From: an uncultured Gammaproteobacteria bacterium
GTDB lineage: Bacteria > Pseudomonadota > Gammaproteobacteria > DRLM01
Direction of reading: 5' to 3'
Length of the DNA stretch: 64,000 nt
Assembly: GCA_963729605.1 (NCBI GenBank)
Contig: CAVSNY010000005.1
Coordinates: 64,001-128,000, forward strand
Below the pieces are notes generated by a model. The model worked only from the letters and a program-made list of their open reading frames with translations. It was not told where the DNA came from and did not search any database. This document shows positions 11,067-21,878 of this stretch, piece by piece. The translations under genes were made by a program, and so were the position numbers. Every line of letters begins with the position of its first letter. Positions within the stretch are counted from its first letter, which is position 1.

Positions 11067-12170
11067 CTAAACCTGCCCGCTCGACTCGGCGGCGGGGGCA
11101 GTAGTGTTTACGGCCTTTGCTTCCACCTGCTGCTGCTCGGCCCAGACCACCTTCGCCAAATAGTTCAAGGCCAGCACATACAGCCCGAAAAGGCCCAAGA
11201 AACTGAGCAACATCACCCCATCCGATAATTGCCCGGTGTGGCCGACTATCCCGACGATGGCGAACAACAAACCCAGCGCCCAAATCAGCATGGTCGTTTG
11301 CTTCACCGAATAACCCGCCGCCAGCAGGACATGGTGAAGATGCTGCCTATCCGCGGAAAACGGCGACTGCCCCGCCATGAGCCGGCGCAACATCACCGCC
11401 ACCGTATCCATCAGCGGCACGGCGAATATCCACAACGCGATCACCGGATGCATGATCCGATGGTCGCCTTGGGAAAACTCGATCAGGAAACGGGCGATGA
11501 CGAAGCCCAGGAACAGACTGCCGGCATCCCCCATGAAGACCTTCGCTCGCTTGCGCCACGGACTGCGGGCATTGAACACCAGGAAGCCGGCCACACAGGC
11601 TATCAGCACCATGAGCACATCCAAGTCCTGCGACATACCGGCGTCATAAGCCAGATAGGCCAGCGAACCCAACGTGATCAGGACCAGCCCCCCGGCCAAC
11701 CCATCCAAACCGTCGGACATGTTAACCGCGTTGAGCACGCCCACCGTGCAAAAAATCGTAAAAGGTATGGCCAAGGCCCCCAACGAGAGTATCTCCCCGA
11801 AGGACAACCACCCCAAATCCTCCAGCGCGACACCACCCACCAAGGTCAACAATAAAGCGGCAACCACCTGCGCCAGAAAGCGCACACGCTTACTGAGTTC
11901 CTGCAAATCATCCAACATGCCAATGACCACCAGCAAAAATCCGCCGGTGATAAGGGCTGGAAATCGTTCCCAAGGGGCATAGATCAGGCTCAAGCCCACA
12001 CAGAATCCGATGAACATGGCCAGGCCGCCCACCAGCGGAACCTGCCCCACATGCAGCTTCCGCGCGTCCGGCTCGTCCACCAGGCCAATCCGATTGGCCA
12101 ATAGGGGAAGAACATAAACCATAGCCATTACCACGGCCATGACCACCAGCGCAGTAAACACTATCCCCAC
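11067..12170 (-). CDS. wecA: Undecaprenyl-phosphate GlcNAc-1-phosphate transferase (MraY/WecA family)
   Basis: Multi-TM; DEPDARKLH, GMLDD, NMSDGLDGL, FMGDAGS, ADRQHLHH. Confidence 0.88.
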   Translation of the reverse strand: MGIVFTALVVMAVVMAMVYVLPLLANRIGLVDEPDARKLHVGQVPLVGGLAMFIGFCVGLSLIYAPWERFPALITGGFLLVVIGMLDDLQELSKRVRFLAQVVAALLLTLVGGVALEDLGWLSFGEILSLGALAIPFTIFCTVGVLNAVNMSDGLDGLAGGLVLITLGSLAYLAYDAGMSQDLDVLMVLIACVAGFLVFNARSPWRKRAKVFMGDAGSLFLGFVIARFLIEFSQGDHRIMHPVIALWIFAVPLMDTVAVMLRRLMAGQSPFSADRQHLHHVLLAAGYSVKQTTMLIWALGLLFAIVGIVGHTGQLSDGVMLLSFLGLFGLYVLALNYLAKVVWAEQQQVEAKAVNTTAPAAESSGQV

Positions 12171-12561
12171 TGTGCCTCCTAATCCCGTTTATTAAATTCC
12201 TTAAGTATTCCTAGTAGCGTCCAGGCGACTCCATAAAAGCATTGTTTCTAGAAATACCATAATCAATCTTGTGTAATTTTTTGCAAACACCCAAACTAGA
12301 AAATCATGTATTACAAACAGGAGGTTACACGGACTTAAGTTCTCATACAAGTCATAAGATAACCCATTTTACAAATTTACTTCTCAGACATCAGATGGCA
12401 GAAACGACTGAATTAAAACTTAATTAATAGCAATTTAAGGAGGTTTCCGAACGTTAATGTAAGCGCTCATTCACAGACAACTAAGGCGGGCACATACATC
12501 GAGCAAAACATATGCCACTCAAAATTAGTCAGCTACACTGCAAAACTTCCAGAAAATATCG

Positions 12562-13728
12562 CTATTGATATTTTTTAATATTTAAATCGGATATAACAGA
12601 CAAATATTGATCAATGACAATCTGCTCATCAAATTCCCGTTCCATTTTTTCTCGTCCCCGGTGTCCCATCTCTGCCCGCGCCTCAGCTGAGAGCGTTATC
12701 ATTCGAATCATTTTCTCCGCCAAATCATTTGCATTTCTTACTTCGCACAAAAAACCATTCATTTCATCTTCTACTACTTCACGACATCCCACTGCATCCG
12801 TAGTGATGATAGGGCGCCTCAGCGCCGCGGCTTCCAGCAATGCGCGCGGCACACCTTCCCGAAAAGACGGCAACACCACGCAATCAGCGGTCTCGATGTA
12901 AAGCCTCACATCGTCACTTACACCGAGATAATTCACCACGCCTTCATCAACCCAGCCCTGCATTTGCTGCCGCGAGATCGCTGCCGGATTCTGCACGTCC
13001 AAAAAACCCAGCAAACAGAACTCCACCGCGGGATAATGACGCCGGACCTGCCGCGCCGCCTCCACATATTCCCCCACGCCTTTATTCCACAACATTCGCG
13101 CAACCAACAGAAAGCGGAAAGGTCCATCCTTCCCCCCTCTCCCGCGAGCTGGAGAGAGGTCGGGGGTGAAAGTGTTCGGAATTTCCACCATCGAAAACCG
13201 CTCCAGATCGATCCCCGATCCGGGTACGCGATCCGTCATCTCTGCCCGCACCAATCCACTCTCCACAAATAAACGCCGATCATCCTCGTTCTGAAAAAAA
13301 ACCCGTACCGAACGGCCCAATGCCAATCGATAAAGACCGCATACCACTTTAGTCAACCAACCATCTCGAATAAACACCGCGCCCAACCCAGCAATGTTAT
13401 TAATTACTGGAACACCCAAGGTATGGGCCGCCAGCGAACCATAGATATTGGGTTTTACTGTATAACCGAGAAACACGGTCGGGCGCTCTTTCCGCAACAG
13501 GCGATAAAAACGCCACAGCAGTAACATATCCCGCCCTGGATGCGTGCCCTTGTTGTCCATGGGTAACGGTACATAACGGCAGCCGAGTTCAATAAGCCGA
13601 GGTGCGTATTCGTCGTACGGAGCGACAGCCACGACTTCATACCCTTCCGCCACCAGGGCACGAATCAAACCGGCGCGAAAGTTCACCAGATTCCAGGCCG
13701 CATTGAGCGCGATCATCACCTTTGGCAT
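12562..13728 (-). CDS. GT4 glycosyltransferase (CapM-like) with a short palindrome-derived insertion
   Basis: YTVKPNIYG, PGSGID, ARML..KGV, PSFREGVPR.LLEA; ATG overlaps the asnB stop. Confidence 0.9.
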   Translation of the reverse strand: MPKVMIALNAAWNLVNFRAGLIRALVAEGYEVVAVAPYDEYAPRLIELGCRYVPLPMDNKGTHPGRDMLLLWRFYRLLRKERPTVFLGYTVKPNIYGSLAAHTLGVPVINNIAGLGAVFIRDGWLTKVVCGLYRLALGRSVRVFFQNEDDRRLFVESGLVRAEMTDRVPGSGIDLERFSMVEIPNTFTPDLSPARGRGGKDGPFRFLLVARMLWNKGVGEYVEAARQVRRHYPAVEFCLLGFLDVQNPAAISRQQMQGWVDEGVVNYLGVSDDVRLYIETADCVVLPSFREGVPRALLEAAALRRPIITTDAVGCREVVEDEMNGFLCEVRNANDLAEKMIRMITLSAEARAEMGHRGREKMEREFDEQIVIDQYLSVISDLNIKKYQ

Positions 13729-15680
13729 CAGACCCGTTGCTCCTCGAGCCATGCCTGGAACATCAACACATCCCACAGGTGATACTGCCAATTACGCTTC
13801 CCTGAAAGATGCTCAGTCCATTTTTGCCGAATCGGTCCCGGATGAAAATAGCCCTCTCTCTTCAACCGATCTTCGGCCAACAAGCTCTCTGCCCATTCAC
13901 GCAACGGTCCGCGCAACCAACTATCTATCGGCACCCCAAAACCCATCTTGGGGCGATCAATTAACACCTTGGGCACATACTTGTAAAGCACTTGCCGCAA
14001 AATCCATTTGCTCTGCCCATTGCGTATTTTCATCGACAAGGGCAAACGCCAAGCAAACTCCACCACCCGGTGGTCGAGCATCGGCACGCGTGTTTCCAAG
14101 CTTACGCCCATGGCAGCGCGGTCTAATTTCACCAGAATATCGTTGGGCAGATAGCTTATAGCATCCAGAACCATCATGCGGTGCTCAAGGCCATCCACAG
14201 CAGACCAAGCATCCGTCAAGGTTAACGCCGTTGGCGGCTCGTTGGCTCCGATAACGATATCAGTGGGGTTCTTCCAGTGCGACACCACGCCGCGATAAAT
14301 TTCCTCTACACTCGCCGCTCCCAGAATTTCCGCGAGCTTGTGCATCTTGTCGCCCGGCTGTGTAAACCTCGCCTTGGCGGGCAACAGCGACGCGATCAAC
14401 CCATACCAGCGATTCCACGCTGCCGGCGATGCCGCCAATAGCGCGCAGGCCATACTGCGCCGTACTCCCATAGGCAAGACACTCAGCTTCCTCCAAATTC
14501 CGCTGACCATCAAATAGCGATTATACCCACCAAATACCTCATCCCCCGCGTCCCCCGATAGCGATACAGTCACATGCTGTCGCGTCATCTTCGAAACCAG
14601 AAACATAGGAATTTGTGACGAATCAGAAAATGGCTCGTCGTAAAGAACTGGCAAAGACGGAATCACCTCGAGTGCTTGCTGTGGCGATACATACAACTCC
14701 GTGTGTTCTGTACCCAAATGCTGTGCTACTGCCTTAGCGTACTCCGCCTCATTGTAGCCTTGTTCATGGAGTCCTATGGTAAAGGTCTTCACAGGCCGAT
14801 CGGATTGCGCCTGCATTAACGCCACGATAGTGGACGAGTCCACTCCGCCCGAGAGAAACGCCCCAAGCGGCACATCCGCCATCATTTGCTGTCGGACCGC
14901 ATCCCGCAGCAGCGTATCCAGAGCAGATACCGCATCAGAGTCCGATCCGCCATAAGGGCTATTCTGCCCCTGGCTTGCTACTTGCCGCAAAGACCAATAA
15001 GGAACTGGCTGCCCAGCCGCAAAGGCCCCTAAGCTGGGATCAATGCGCAACCATGTTCCCGGCGGCAGCTTAAAAATATTTTTGTAAATTGAATATGGTC
15101 CAGGGACACAATTGTGGCGCATTAATAATGTCAGCGCGTCACGATTGATCTCTCCAGCAAACGCCTGGTATGTCCGCAGTGCCTTTAATTCCGAACCAAA
15201 AAGAAATGCGCCATTTTGCCAGCCGTAATATAGGGGTTTTTCGCCAAAACGATCTCTAGCTAAAACGAGATAGCGTTGCTCCCTGTTCCATAGCGCAATG
15301 GCAAACATCCCAACACACTTTTTTAACGTGCGCTCAACGCCCCATAATTCAAAGCCCGCCAGCAGCGTTTCAGTATCCGAATGTCCACCCCATTCGAAAC
15401 CTATCAATTGCTTACGCAATTCCTGGTGATTGTATATCTCTCCGTTAAATGCCAGCACAAAACGACCGGAGGTCGACACCATCGGCTGATTGCCAGCAGG
15501 CGATAAATCAAGAATCGCCAACCGACGATGAACGATTCCGATACCGGCAGCCACATCACACCAAATACCTTCACTGTCCGGTCCACGATGAGCAATCCGA
15601 TCCCCCATACAACTCAAGGAGCGTCGCAGTGCTGCATGATCCGCAATCCTATCGGCAATGAGTCCAGCGAACCCACACAA
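13728..15680 (-). CDS. asnB: Asparagine synthase-like glutamine amidotransferase (polysaccharide-associated)
   Basis: N-terminal MCG, HRGPD, FNGEIYN, LSGGVDS, SGDAGDE. Confidence 0.93.
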   Translation of the reverse strand: MCGFAGLIADRIADHAALRRSLSCMGDRIAHRGPDSEGIWCDVAAGIGIVHRRLAILDLSPAGNQPMVSTSGRFVLAFNGEIYNHQELRKQLIGFEWGGHSDTETLLAGFELWGVERTLKKCVGMFAIALWNREQRYLVLARDRFGEKPLYYGWQNGAFLFGSELKALRTYQAFAGEINRDALTLLMRHNCVPGPYSIYKNIFKLPPGTWLRIDPSLGAFAAGQPVPYWSLRQVASQGQNSPYGGSDSDAVSALDTLLRDAVRQQMMADVPLGAFLSGGVDSSTIVALMQAQSDRPVKTFTIGLHEQGYNEAEYAKAVAQHLGTEHTELYVSPQQALEVIPSLPVLYDEPFSDSSQIPMFLVSKMTRQHVTVSLSGDAGDEVFGGYNRYLMVSGIWRKLSVLPMGVRRSMACALLAASPAAWNRWYGLIASLLPAKARFTQPGDKMHKLAEILGAASVEEIYRGVVSHWKNPTDIVIGANEPPTALTLTDAWSAVDGLEHRMMVLDAISYLPNDILVKLDRAAMGVSLETRVPMLDHRVVEFAWRLPLSMKIRNGQSKWILRQVLYKYVPKVLIDRPKMGFGVPIDSWLRGPLREWAESLLAEDRLKREGYFHPGPIRQKWTEHLSGKRNWQYHLWDVLMFQAWLEEQRV

Positions 15681-16640
15681 TTATGCAAGCCCTCGACGAA
15701 TCAAATCCTCAAAGTATGCAATTGTTGGCGGCAAACCTTCCTGCAAAGAAATGCGGGGACTCCAATCCAACTTGGATTTCGCTAGCTCGATATCAGGCTG
15801 TCTTTGCTTAGGGTCATCCTCTGGCAATGGACGATGAATTAACTTAGAGCGACTCCCAGTAAGATCAATGACCATTTCGGCCAACTCGCGGATTGTAAAT
15901 TCGTTTGGGTTCCCGATATTCACTGGACCAGTAAAACCGTCATGCCGCATTAACCGCATGATCCCTTCGATCAAGTCATCGACGTAACAAAATGACCTGG
16001 TCTGCAAACCATCACCATAGAGAGTGATTGGCTCATCACGTAGCGCTTGCATGATGAAATTAGAAACCACTCTACCATCGGCAGGATGCATTCTAGGACC
16101 ATAGGTATTAAAGATACGTGCAACCCGAATCTCCAATGAGTGTTGTCGATGGTAATCAAAAAACAATGTTTCGGCACAGCGCTTTCCTTCGTCATAACAA
16201 GCCCTCACGCCGATTGGATTAACTGAACCCTTATAAGATTCGGGCTGCGGATGAATTTCCGGATCACCGTAAACTTCACTGGTCGACGCCTGAAAGATAC
16301 GACAGCGAATTCGTTTGGCCAACCCAAGCATATTGATTGCGCCGTGCACACTCACCTTAGTCGTTTGCACTGGGTCAAGCTGATAGTGAATGGGAGATGC
16401 CGGGCAAGCTAGATTCCAAATTTCATCTGTTTCTACGTAAAGTGGAAACGTGATGTCATGTCGTATTGCCTCGAAATGAGGGTTCTCGAACAAATGCAGC
16501 AGATTCTCTCGACTACCCGTAAAGTAATTGTCAACACACAAAACATTGTGGCCATCAGCAATCAAACGATCACATAAATGGGATCCTATAAAACCAGCCC
16601 CTCCTGTAACTAACGATGTTTTTCTCAAACTATTTCTCAT
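15681..16640 (-). CDS. UDP-glucuronate decarboxylase (UDP-xylose synthase family)
   Basis: [43 protein letters not shown]. Confidence 0.92.
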   Translation of the reverse strand: MRNSLRKTSLVTGGAGFIGSHLCDRLIADGHNVLCVDNYFTGSRENLLHLFENPHFEAIRHDITFPLYVETDEIWNLACPASPIHYQLDPVQTTKVSVHGAINMLGLAKRIRCRIFQASTSEVYGDPEIHPQPESYKGSVNPIGVRACYDEGKRCAETLFFDYHRQHSLEIRVARIFNTYGPRMHPADGRVVSNFIMQALRDEPITLYGDGLQTRSFCYVDDLIEGIMRLMRHDGFTGPVNIGNPNEFTIRELAEMVIDLTGSRSKLIHRPLPEDDPKQRQPDIELAKSKLDWSPRISLQEGLPPTIAYFEDLIRRGLA

Positions 16641-16657
16641 TTAAGCTTCCCCATTCA

Positions 16658-17461
16658 TCACAAATGATGCAATCTAAGTGTTCGGGACCCCATTTCCCGC
16701 CAAAGATTTACCGCATCCCCCATCGACACGTCCTGCAACACACAGCGAAACCGCTCATTCAAATCGCGTTCAACACATAGCCACCAACGCGAAAAATTTT
16801 CACGCAAATCAACAGGCATTGTCTTGGCCAAAGCTTTCAATGACGCCAAATTATCGTAATCAATTCGGTTAATTTTAAATCCAGCATCTTTTACCAATTG
16901 GTCAATTTCGGATGCGATCACGCGTTGTTGATACTTTTCTTGCCTACCTAAAGCAGCCATAGCCGGTGAAACAATGGTGCGGACTTTGGCGCGAAGAGCA
17001 GGCGACCACGAACCTATATCCGATAAATCTAACTCGTTTCTAAAGTGGCCATCATCATAATTTAGATAGAAAACGCCATCCGGCGCCAGAAGTCGTTTTG
17101 CATCCTTCAAATATGCAACCTTATCTACTACATGCTCGAATACGCTAAAACTAACAATGTAATTAGCTAAAATACTAAGTCTATTAATGTCATTACCTCC
17201 GAATATTTCGGCATCGCAATCTTGCAGCCTTTTCTTTGCGATACGACATGCTACATTACTAGGTTCAAAGCCTATTAGTTTGATTTGGAGATTTTCGCGA
17301 AGAATTGTTGGCCAATCACCCCCATCTCCACACCCAAAATCAAACACAACAATATTTTCACTACCTTGAGATGCATGCGAAGACAAGATTTCTTCAATGA
17401 TACGTGTCTTCGCGGCATTCCCATGCCAGTATAGCTTTCTGCAATCTCTGTTCATGAACAT
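16658..17461 (-). CDS. Class I SAM-dependent methyltransferase
   Basis: VFDFGCGDG motif I; SFSVFEHV; LLAPDG. Confidence 0.8.
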   Translation of the reverse strand: MFMNRDCRKLYWHGNAAKTRIIEEILSSHASQGSENIVVFDFGCGDGGDWPTILRENLQIKLIGFEPSNVACRIAKKRLQDCDAEIFGGNDINRLSILANYIVSFSVFEHVVDKVAYLKDAKRLLAPDGVFYLNYDDGHFRNELDLSDIGSWSPALRAKVRTIVSPAMAALGRQEKYQQRVIASEIDQLVKDAGFKINRIDYDNLASLKALAKTMPVDLRENFSRWWLCVERDLNERFRCVLQDVSMGDAVNLWREMGSRTLRLHHL

Positions 17462-18564
17462 TCCAGATAAATGGTCTTGGTCTGTGACACCATTTTTTCC
17501 AGTGTAAACAATTCCAATGCGCGCCGATTTCCAGCAGCACCAAAAACTTCCCTAATATCGTCTTTTTCCATTCTCAGAAATGCCTCTCCCAACGCTTGAG
17601 CATTATTCACATCACATAAAATACCCGTCTCGTTATGCGTTACCACTTCTGGAATCGCACTAACGGCCGTCGCCACTATTGGTTTTGAGGCGGCCATAGC
17701 TTCAAGTAAAACAAGACCAAATCCTTCATAGATAGAGGTTAGTGCAAAACAGTCGATTGTATTCATCACTAGAGGAATATCTTCCCGATAGCCTGCCCAA
17801 ATCACCTCATCCGAGATACCCAACTTTTTGGCCAACTCCTTAAGCTCTTCCTCAAGAGGACCACGCCCAACCAATAACAAACGAGCAGGCTTTGTAGCAT
17901 ATTTTCTATAATTAGCGTATCCCGTGAGCAAAACATGCAAAGCCTTTTGTGGGACAAGTCGCGCAACAGTTCCGACCAGCCAGGCATCGGATGGCACGCC
18001 CCACTCCGAACGCACCGCCAAAATCGCATCGTTGGAGAAAGTTTTGTATGGCACCGGATCGATGCCATAACGAATGGTCACAACTTGTTCCGATGCCAAG
18101 CGAACATACTGCCGCACATAGGCATTCACAGCGTCTGAAATAGCAATTATGCGACTTGCACGATCTGCAACAAACCGGCTAAGCCATCGTGCCCCAACGC
18201 CACGATAAAATGGCTCATCGTTATGCTTGCTGATTACCAAGGCTGGCCTTCCAGAACTTGGTAACATCAATGCAATCCTTACATATAGCTCGGCTGGCGG
18301 CATGTGCGCATGCACGATAGAAGGATTAAAATGATTAATTAGACGACACAACCTTAGCGCTGGACCTAGCTCACCATAACGACGAAGCGCAAGGCACTCA
18401 ACCGAAATACCCATCTCCTTAAAGGCGCGTTCCCAATAACCATCACCTTTAAGAAACGCGACGGAAACCTGAAAACCATCTAGCTTTTGATTACGGACGA
18501 GATCGACAAGATGATTTTCCGCACCTCCACGGTTTATGGTGGTAATAACATGAAGTATTCTCAC
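17452..18564 (-). CDS. GT4 glycosyltransferase
   Basis: GGAE N-terminus, ARLVPQK, EGFGLVLLEAMA. Confidence 0.9.
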   Translation of the reverse strand: MRILHVITTINRGGAENHLVDLVRNQKLDGFQVSVAFLKGDGYWERAFKEMGISVECLALRRYGELGPALRLCRLINHFNPSIVHAHMPPAELYVRIALMLPSSGRPALVISKHNDEPFYRGVGARWLSRFVADRASRIIAISDAVNAYVRQYVRLASEQVVTIRYGIDPVPYKTFSNDAILAVRSEWGVPSDAWLVGTVARLVPQKALHVLLTGYANYRKYATKPARLLLVGRGPLEEELKELAKKLGISDEVIWAGYREDIPLVMNTIDCFALTSIYEGFGLVLLEAMAASKPIVATAVSAIPEVVTHNETGILCDVNNAQALGEAFLRMEKDDIREVFGAAGNRRALELFTLEKMVSQTKTIYLECS

Positions 18565-19844
18565 CCCAGGCCTCTTTCAATTATCAGTTGAAAAGATCTT
18601 CGACGCAAACCCGCGTTAAGTAGCAGTCCGTATAATATCGCATTTAAAAATGTAATTTGAAATCCACGATATATACCGATATCTATCGATGAAAAAGAAA
18701 AGATTAAAATAAATAAACAATAAGAAAATACAACAGGGCTGCTAATCCGTTTCTTCAATAGAAGGATTAAAAAGCATGCCGGCAGCAATACAAAAAACCC
18801 CAATTCCGCAGCCAGCGTAAAGTACAAATTATCCGAAAAGGCATTCGACCCGGGATGCAATATTCTATCGGTTGGAACAAAGTCGAAAACGTATGTCGAA
18901 AGCGACGTCATGAGACTAAATAGTCCATGACCAAGTCCGCCCACTGTGACAGATGCACCAAACCCCAAGTATTCTGAATTCAACATAACAAAGGGGGTAG
19001 ATATAACTAGCAAAACTCTCATATACATGTTGCTTGCGTCCTCAACCTTCTCACCAGATGCAAATAGCGAAATTTCAGAAAGCTGGGATGACACGCCGGG
19101 GTTTACCCAGGAAGCAATTTGCAAAATAGGAATGAGGGCCACCAAAATCAAAATAAACCATTTAAGCCGGTCTACTCTTAGTGATCGCGCGACAAGTAGA
19201 TATCCAAAGGCAATAAAAAAGGCTATAACCGCTCCTTTCTTTGGAAAAAAAATAACCGCAAGAAGAAAAAATAGTATAGATGTTACTTGAAAAATAAACT
19301 TTGTCTTCTTTGAAAATCGATCATCAATTATCGCGCAAACAAGAAAAAAGAAAGATGCAAGAAAAAAGCCGGCAGAATATATTTTTGAATCTCCAGAAAA
19401 CGCGTCGATCATAAAAATCGATACAACGGCACCAGATATTGCCGCCAATATAAATGGCAAGGTTTTAACAGAGTAAGAATATGCAAATAGAAAAATAACA
19501 AATGCCTCTACTATTTTTAGTATAGATTTGAATGTATCAATCGGCGACGCACTGAATGAAACTGAGACTATCGCCACGACAAAGTATGAGAAAATAAGTT
19601 TCAACTCCGGAGCAATGCTACGCAAATTTCTACCACCTTCCTGAATCAATATTAAAAGGCAAATAAATGCCAGAATATCAATTACTCCTATGTTGAAATT
19701 TCCAGAGCCGACACTCATCGAATTATTCTTTGGAAGAAAAGAGAAAAAAACAATTAAGCAGATGAGTAAAGATGGAAAAGTCATTCTCGTGTTACGCTTT
19801 TCTGGCGACGCCAACTTTGATACCTCTGCGGCACAGTGACTCAT
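18561..19844 (-). CDS. Putative polysaccharide polymerase (Wzy-like polytopic membrane protein)
   Basis: About ten hydrophobic segments, AT-rich, DNLY...AELG motif, position in cluster. Confidence 0.65.
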   Translation of the reverse strand: MSHCAAEVSKLASPEKRNTRMTFPSLLICLIVFFSFLPKNNSMSVGSGNFNIGVIDILAFICLLILIQEGGRNLRSIAPELKLIFSYFVVAIVSVSFSASPIDTFKSILKIVEAFVIFLFAYSYSVKTLPFILAAISGAVVSIFMIDAFSGDSKIYSAGFFLASFFFLVCAIIDDRFSKKTKFIFQVTSILFFLLAVIFFPKKGAVIAFFIAFGYLLVARSLRVDRLKWFILILVALIPILQIASWVNPGVSSQLSEISLFASGEKVEDASNMYMRVLLVISTPFVMLNSEYLGFGASVTVGGLGHGLFSLMTSLSTYVFDFVPTDRILHPGSNAFSDNLYFTLAAELGFFVLLPACFLILLLKKRISSPVVFSYCLFILIFSFSSIDIGIYRGFQITFLNAILYGLLLNAGLRRRSFQLIIERGLG

Positions 19845-20605
19845 GCTTTTTTCAAAACCGCCACAATGTGATATCCGTTGCTCTTATCAGCATAACGGCA
19901 TCGCGCCCATAGTCTCCGCCACACAAATCGCCTGAGAAATATCGGCTCAAATACCCAATATTTATTAATTGTCAACTTTAAATATAACTTCAGCCACAAC
20001 GGTTCTCTGTAAATCCGATCCATTGATAGATCGCTATAGGCAACACCTGCCGATATCAACTGAAGTTTTAGCAGGTCCTCTGTGTAATGACGATAATGTT
20101 TTTTATTTAATGGAAGAACTGTAGATGGAACGGAAATAATCACATGTCCGCCATCCCTCACCTTGGTAAATAGATATTTTATAAATTCGACAACGTCATG
20201 GTCAGGAATATGTTCGAGAACTTCGATAGCAACTGCAACATCTGATACATCGCTGATATCTCTTTCACCCACGCACAAAAACTCTACCTCACTATTGAGC
20301 GCCTTCGCTAAGTTAATGGCTCTAGGTTCAAGATCAATTCCTATTTTCTTCTTAATTGAGCTAAGGCTTCCAATGAATCTACCATCACCACAACCAACGT
20401 CTATGACCGACTGAGGCGAAAGGCTTTCAACAATTAATCTTATATGTTCCTGGTAGCAAAGATATTCCAAACCCCAGTTCAGGCTTTTGTATCGAACACC
20501 TGCACCTTTTTCATCAAGCCAAGGGATATAGTGATACGGATAAAGATACTGCCTTGATTGAAAGTTGAGCTTACTACTAATAGATTCTGAAATCTTCTCA
20601 TGCAT
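19841..20605 (-). CDS. Class I SAM-dependent methyltransferase
   Basis: VIDVGCGDG, EVLEHI. Confidence 0.85.
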   Translation of the reverse strand: MHEKISESISSKLNFQSRQYLYPYHYIPWLDEKGAGVRYKSLNWGLEYLCYQEHIRLIVESLSPQSVIDVGCGDGRFIGSLSSIKKKIGIDLEPRAINLAKALNSEVEFLCVGERDISDVSDVAVAIEVLEHIPDHDVVEFIKYLFTKVRDGGHVIISVPSTVLPLNKKHYRHYTEDLLKLQLISAGVAYSDLSMDRIYREPLWLKLYLKLTINKYWVFEPIFLRRFVWRRLWARCRYADKSNGYHIVAVLKKA

Positions 20606-21878
20606 TTACGAATCTCCACAGCATAAATCTGTAATACATCGATACTCCACAATAGTTAACTAATATTCCCAGTGGTGCACCAATCAGACCCAGCTCTTCG
20701 GTGAAGATATACACAAACGAAACAGTTAAGGCGATAGAAATGACATTGGCATATAACGTAATAGCTGGATCTGTTGCGAGTGAAAAAGGGCGGCCCCACC
20801 AGAGTTGCTGAGCCATGAAAGAAGCAATCACCATTACACCAAAAGCCAAATACTGTTCACCTGTTAGATTTAAGTTATTCCATTCACTATAAAGGCTAAG
20901 AAAAGGTGCGATGAAAAAAAGCAACAGTGCAAATCCCTTCATCAATGAATTGTTGGCGTGAGCAACAGTATCTCGAATGGTCTCCGCCTTATTCTCAATC
21001 ATTGCCTGTACAAAGCGAGGATATATCTGAGCCGCATATGGCCCAGCGAGCATGCTCATGGGACTAAGGAATTGTTTAAATAAATTATAAATCCCCACAT
21101 TGGTAGGATTGGTCAAATAACCCAGGATAACCGTATCAATGTGCTGATTCCCTGCCTTCAAGCTAGAAGATAAAAACGTACTGAGACTGAATCTAGCGTA
21201 GTTACCAAGATGCTGCCTTGGTATACGCACAGCGCGCAAATTACTGAACAATTTATGAAGAGGAAAACCATAAACGACAACTGTTACAAATATCGAAGGA
21301 ATCAGCATAACCCACACGATGTTCTCAAAGCTGAGCTCCACCCCTAAATAGACCGCAAGAGCCAGCAATACGACTTTCAACATCTGTTCTGCAACATTCA
21401 GGCTATTTATAAAGCGGAAACGTTCTTCGGCCACCAGCAGGCCAAGCGCCGTTCCCCGCAAGAACGTTGCAAGCATGATGCCGGAAAAAATGGCGACTCC
21501 AGCTTGCGAATTGATTTCCTTGAGAAGAACTTGCGCGATCGTTGGCGCCATTATTTGCACCACCAAGAACAATATCCCACCCATCAGCAGATCCAGCATC
21601 AATCCAACCATAAGTGAAAGCCGACACAGTCCGGGATCATTCTCAACTTGCCCTCGCTTATAAAAGTTAATCACAGCTTCATTGGTACGAAACGTTATGA
21701 GATTAGTGAGAACACCAGCCAGCGCGGCCATCATGGCGATCCTACCGTAAACATCAATACCTGCGTATCGTGTGATTATCGTAATCGAGACAAATCCAGC
21801 GCCAAGCGTCGCCAATTGAGCGCCATAGCTAAAAAGAACGTTGCTTTTAAACCGGGAATCGATAAGGCTACGTTTCAC
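20598..21878 (-). CDS. Wzx-like polysaccharide flippase
   Basis: Roughly 12 TM segments, G..VYG and VGIYN motifs typical of MOP flippases. Confidence 0.78.
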   Translation of the reverse strand: MKRSLIDSRFKSNVLFSYGAQLATLGAGFVSITIITRYAGIDVYGRIAMMAALAGVLTNLITFRTNEAVINFYKRGQVENDPGLCRLSLMVGLMLDLLMGGILFLVVQIMAPTIAQVLLKEINSQAGVAIFSGIMLATFLRGTALGLLVAEERFRFINSLNVAEQMLKVVLLALAVYLGVELSFENIVWVMLIPSIFVTVVVYGFPLHKLFSNLRAVRIPRQHLGNYARFSLSTFLSSSLKAGNQHIDTVILGYLTNPTNVGIYNLFKQFLSPMSMLAGPYAAQIYPRFVQAMIENKAETIRDTVAHANNSLMKGFALLLFFIAPFLSLYSEWNNLNLTGEQYLAFGVMVIASFMAQQLWWGRPFSLATDPAITLYANVISIALTVSFVYIFTEELGLIGAPLGILVNYCGVSMYYRFMLWRFVNA

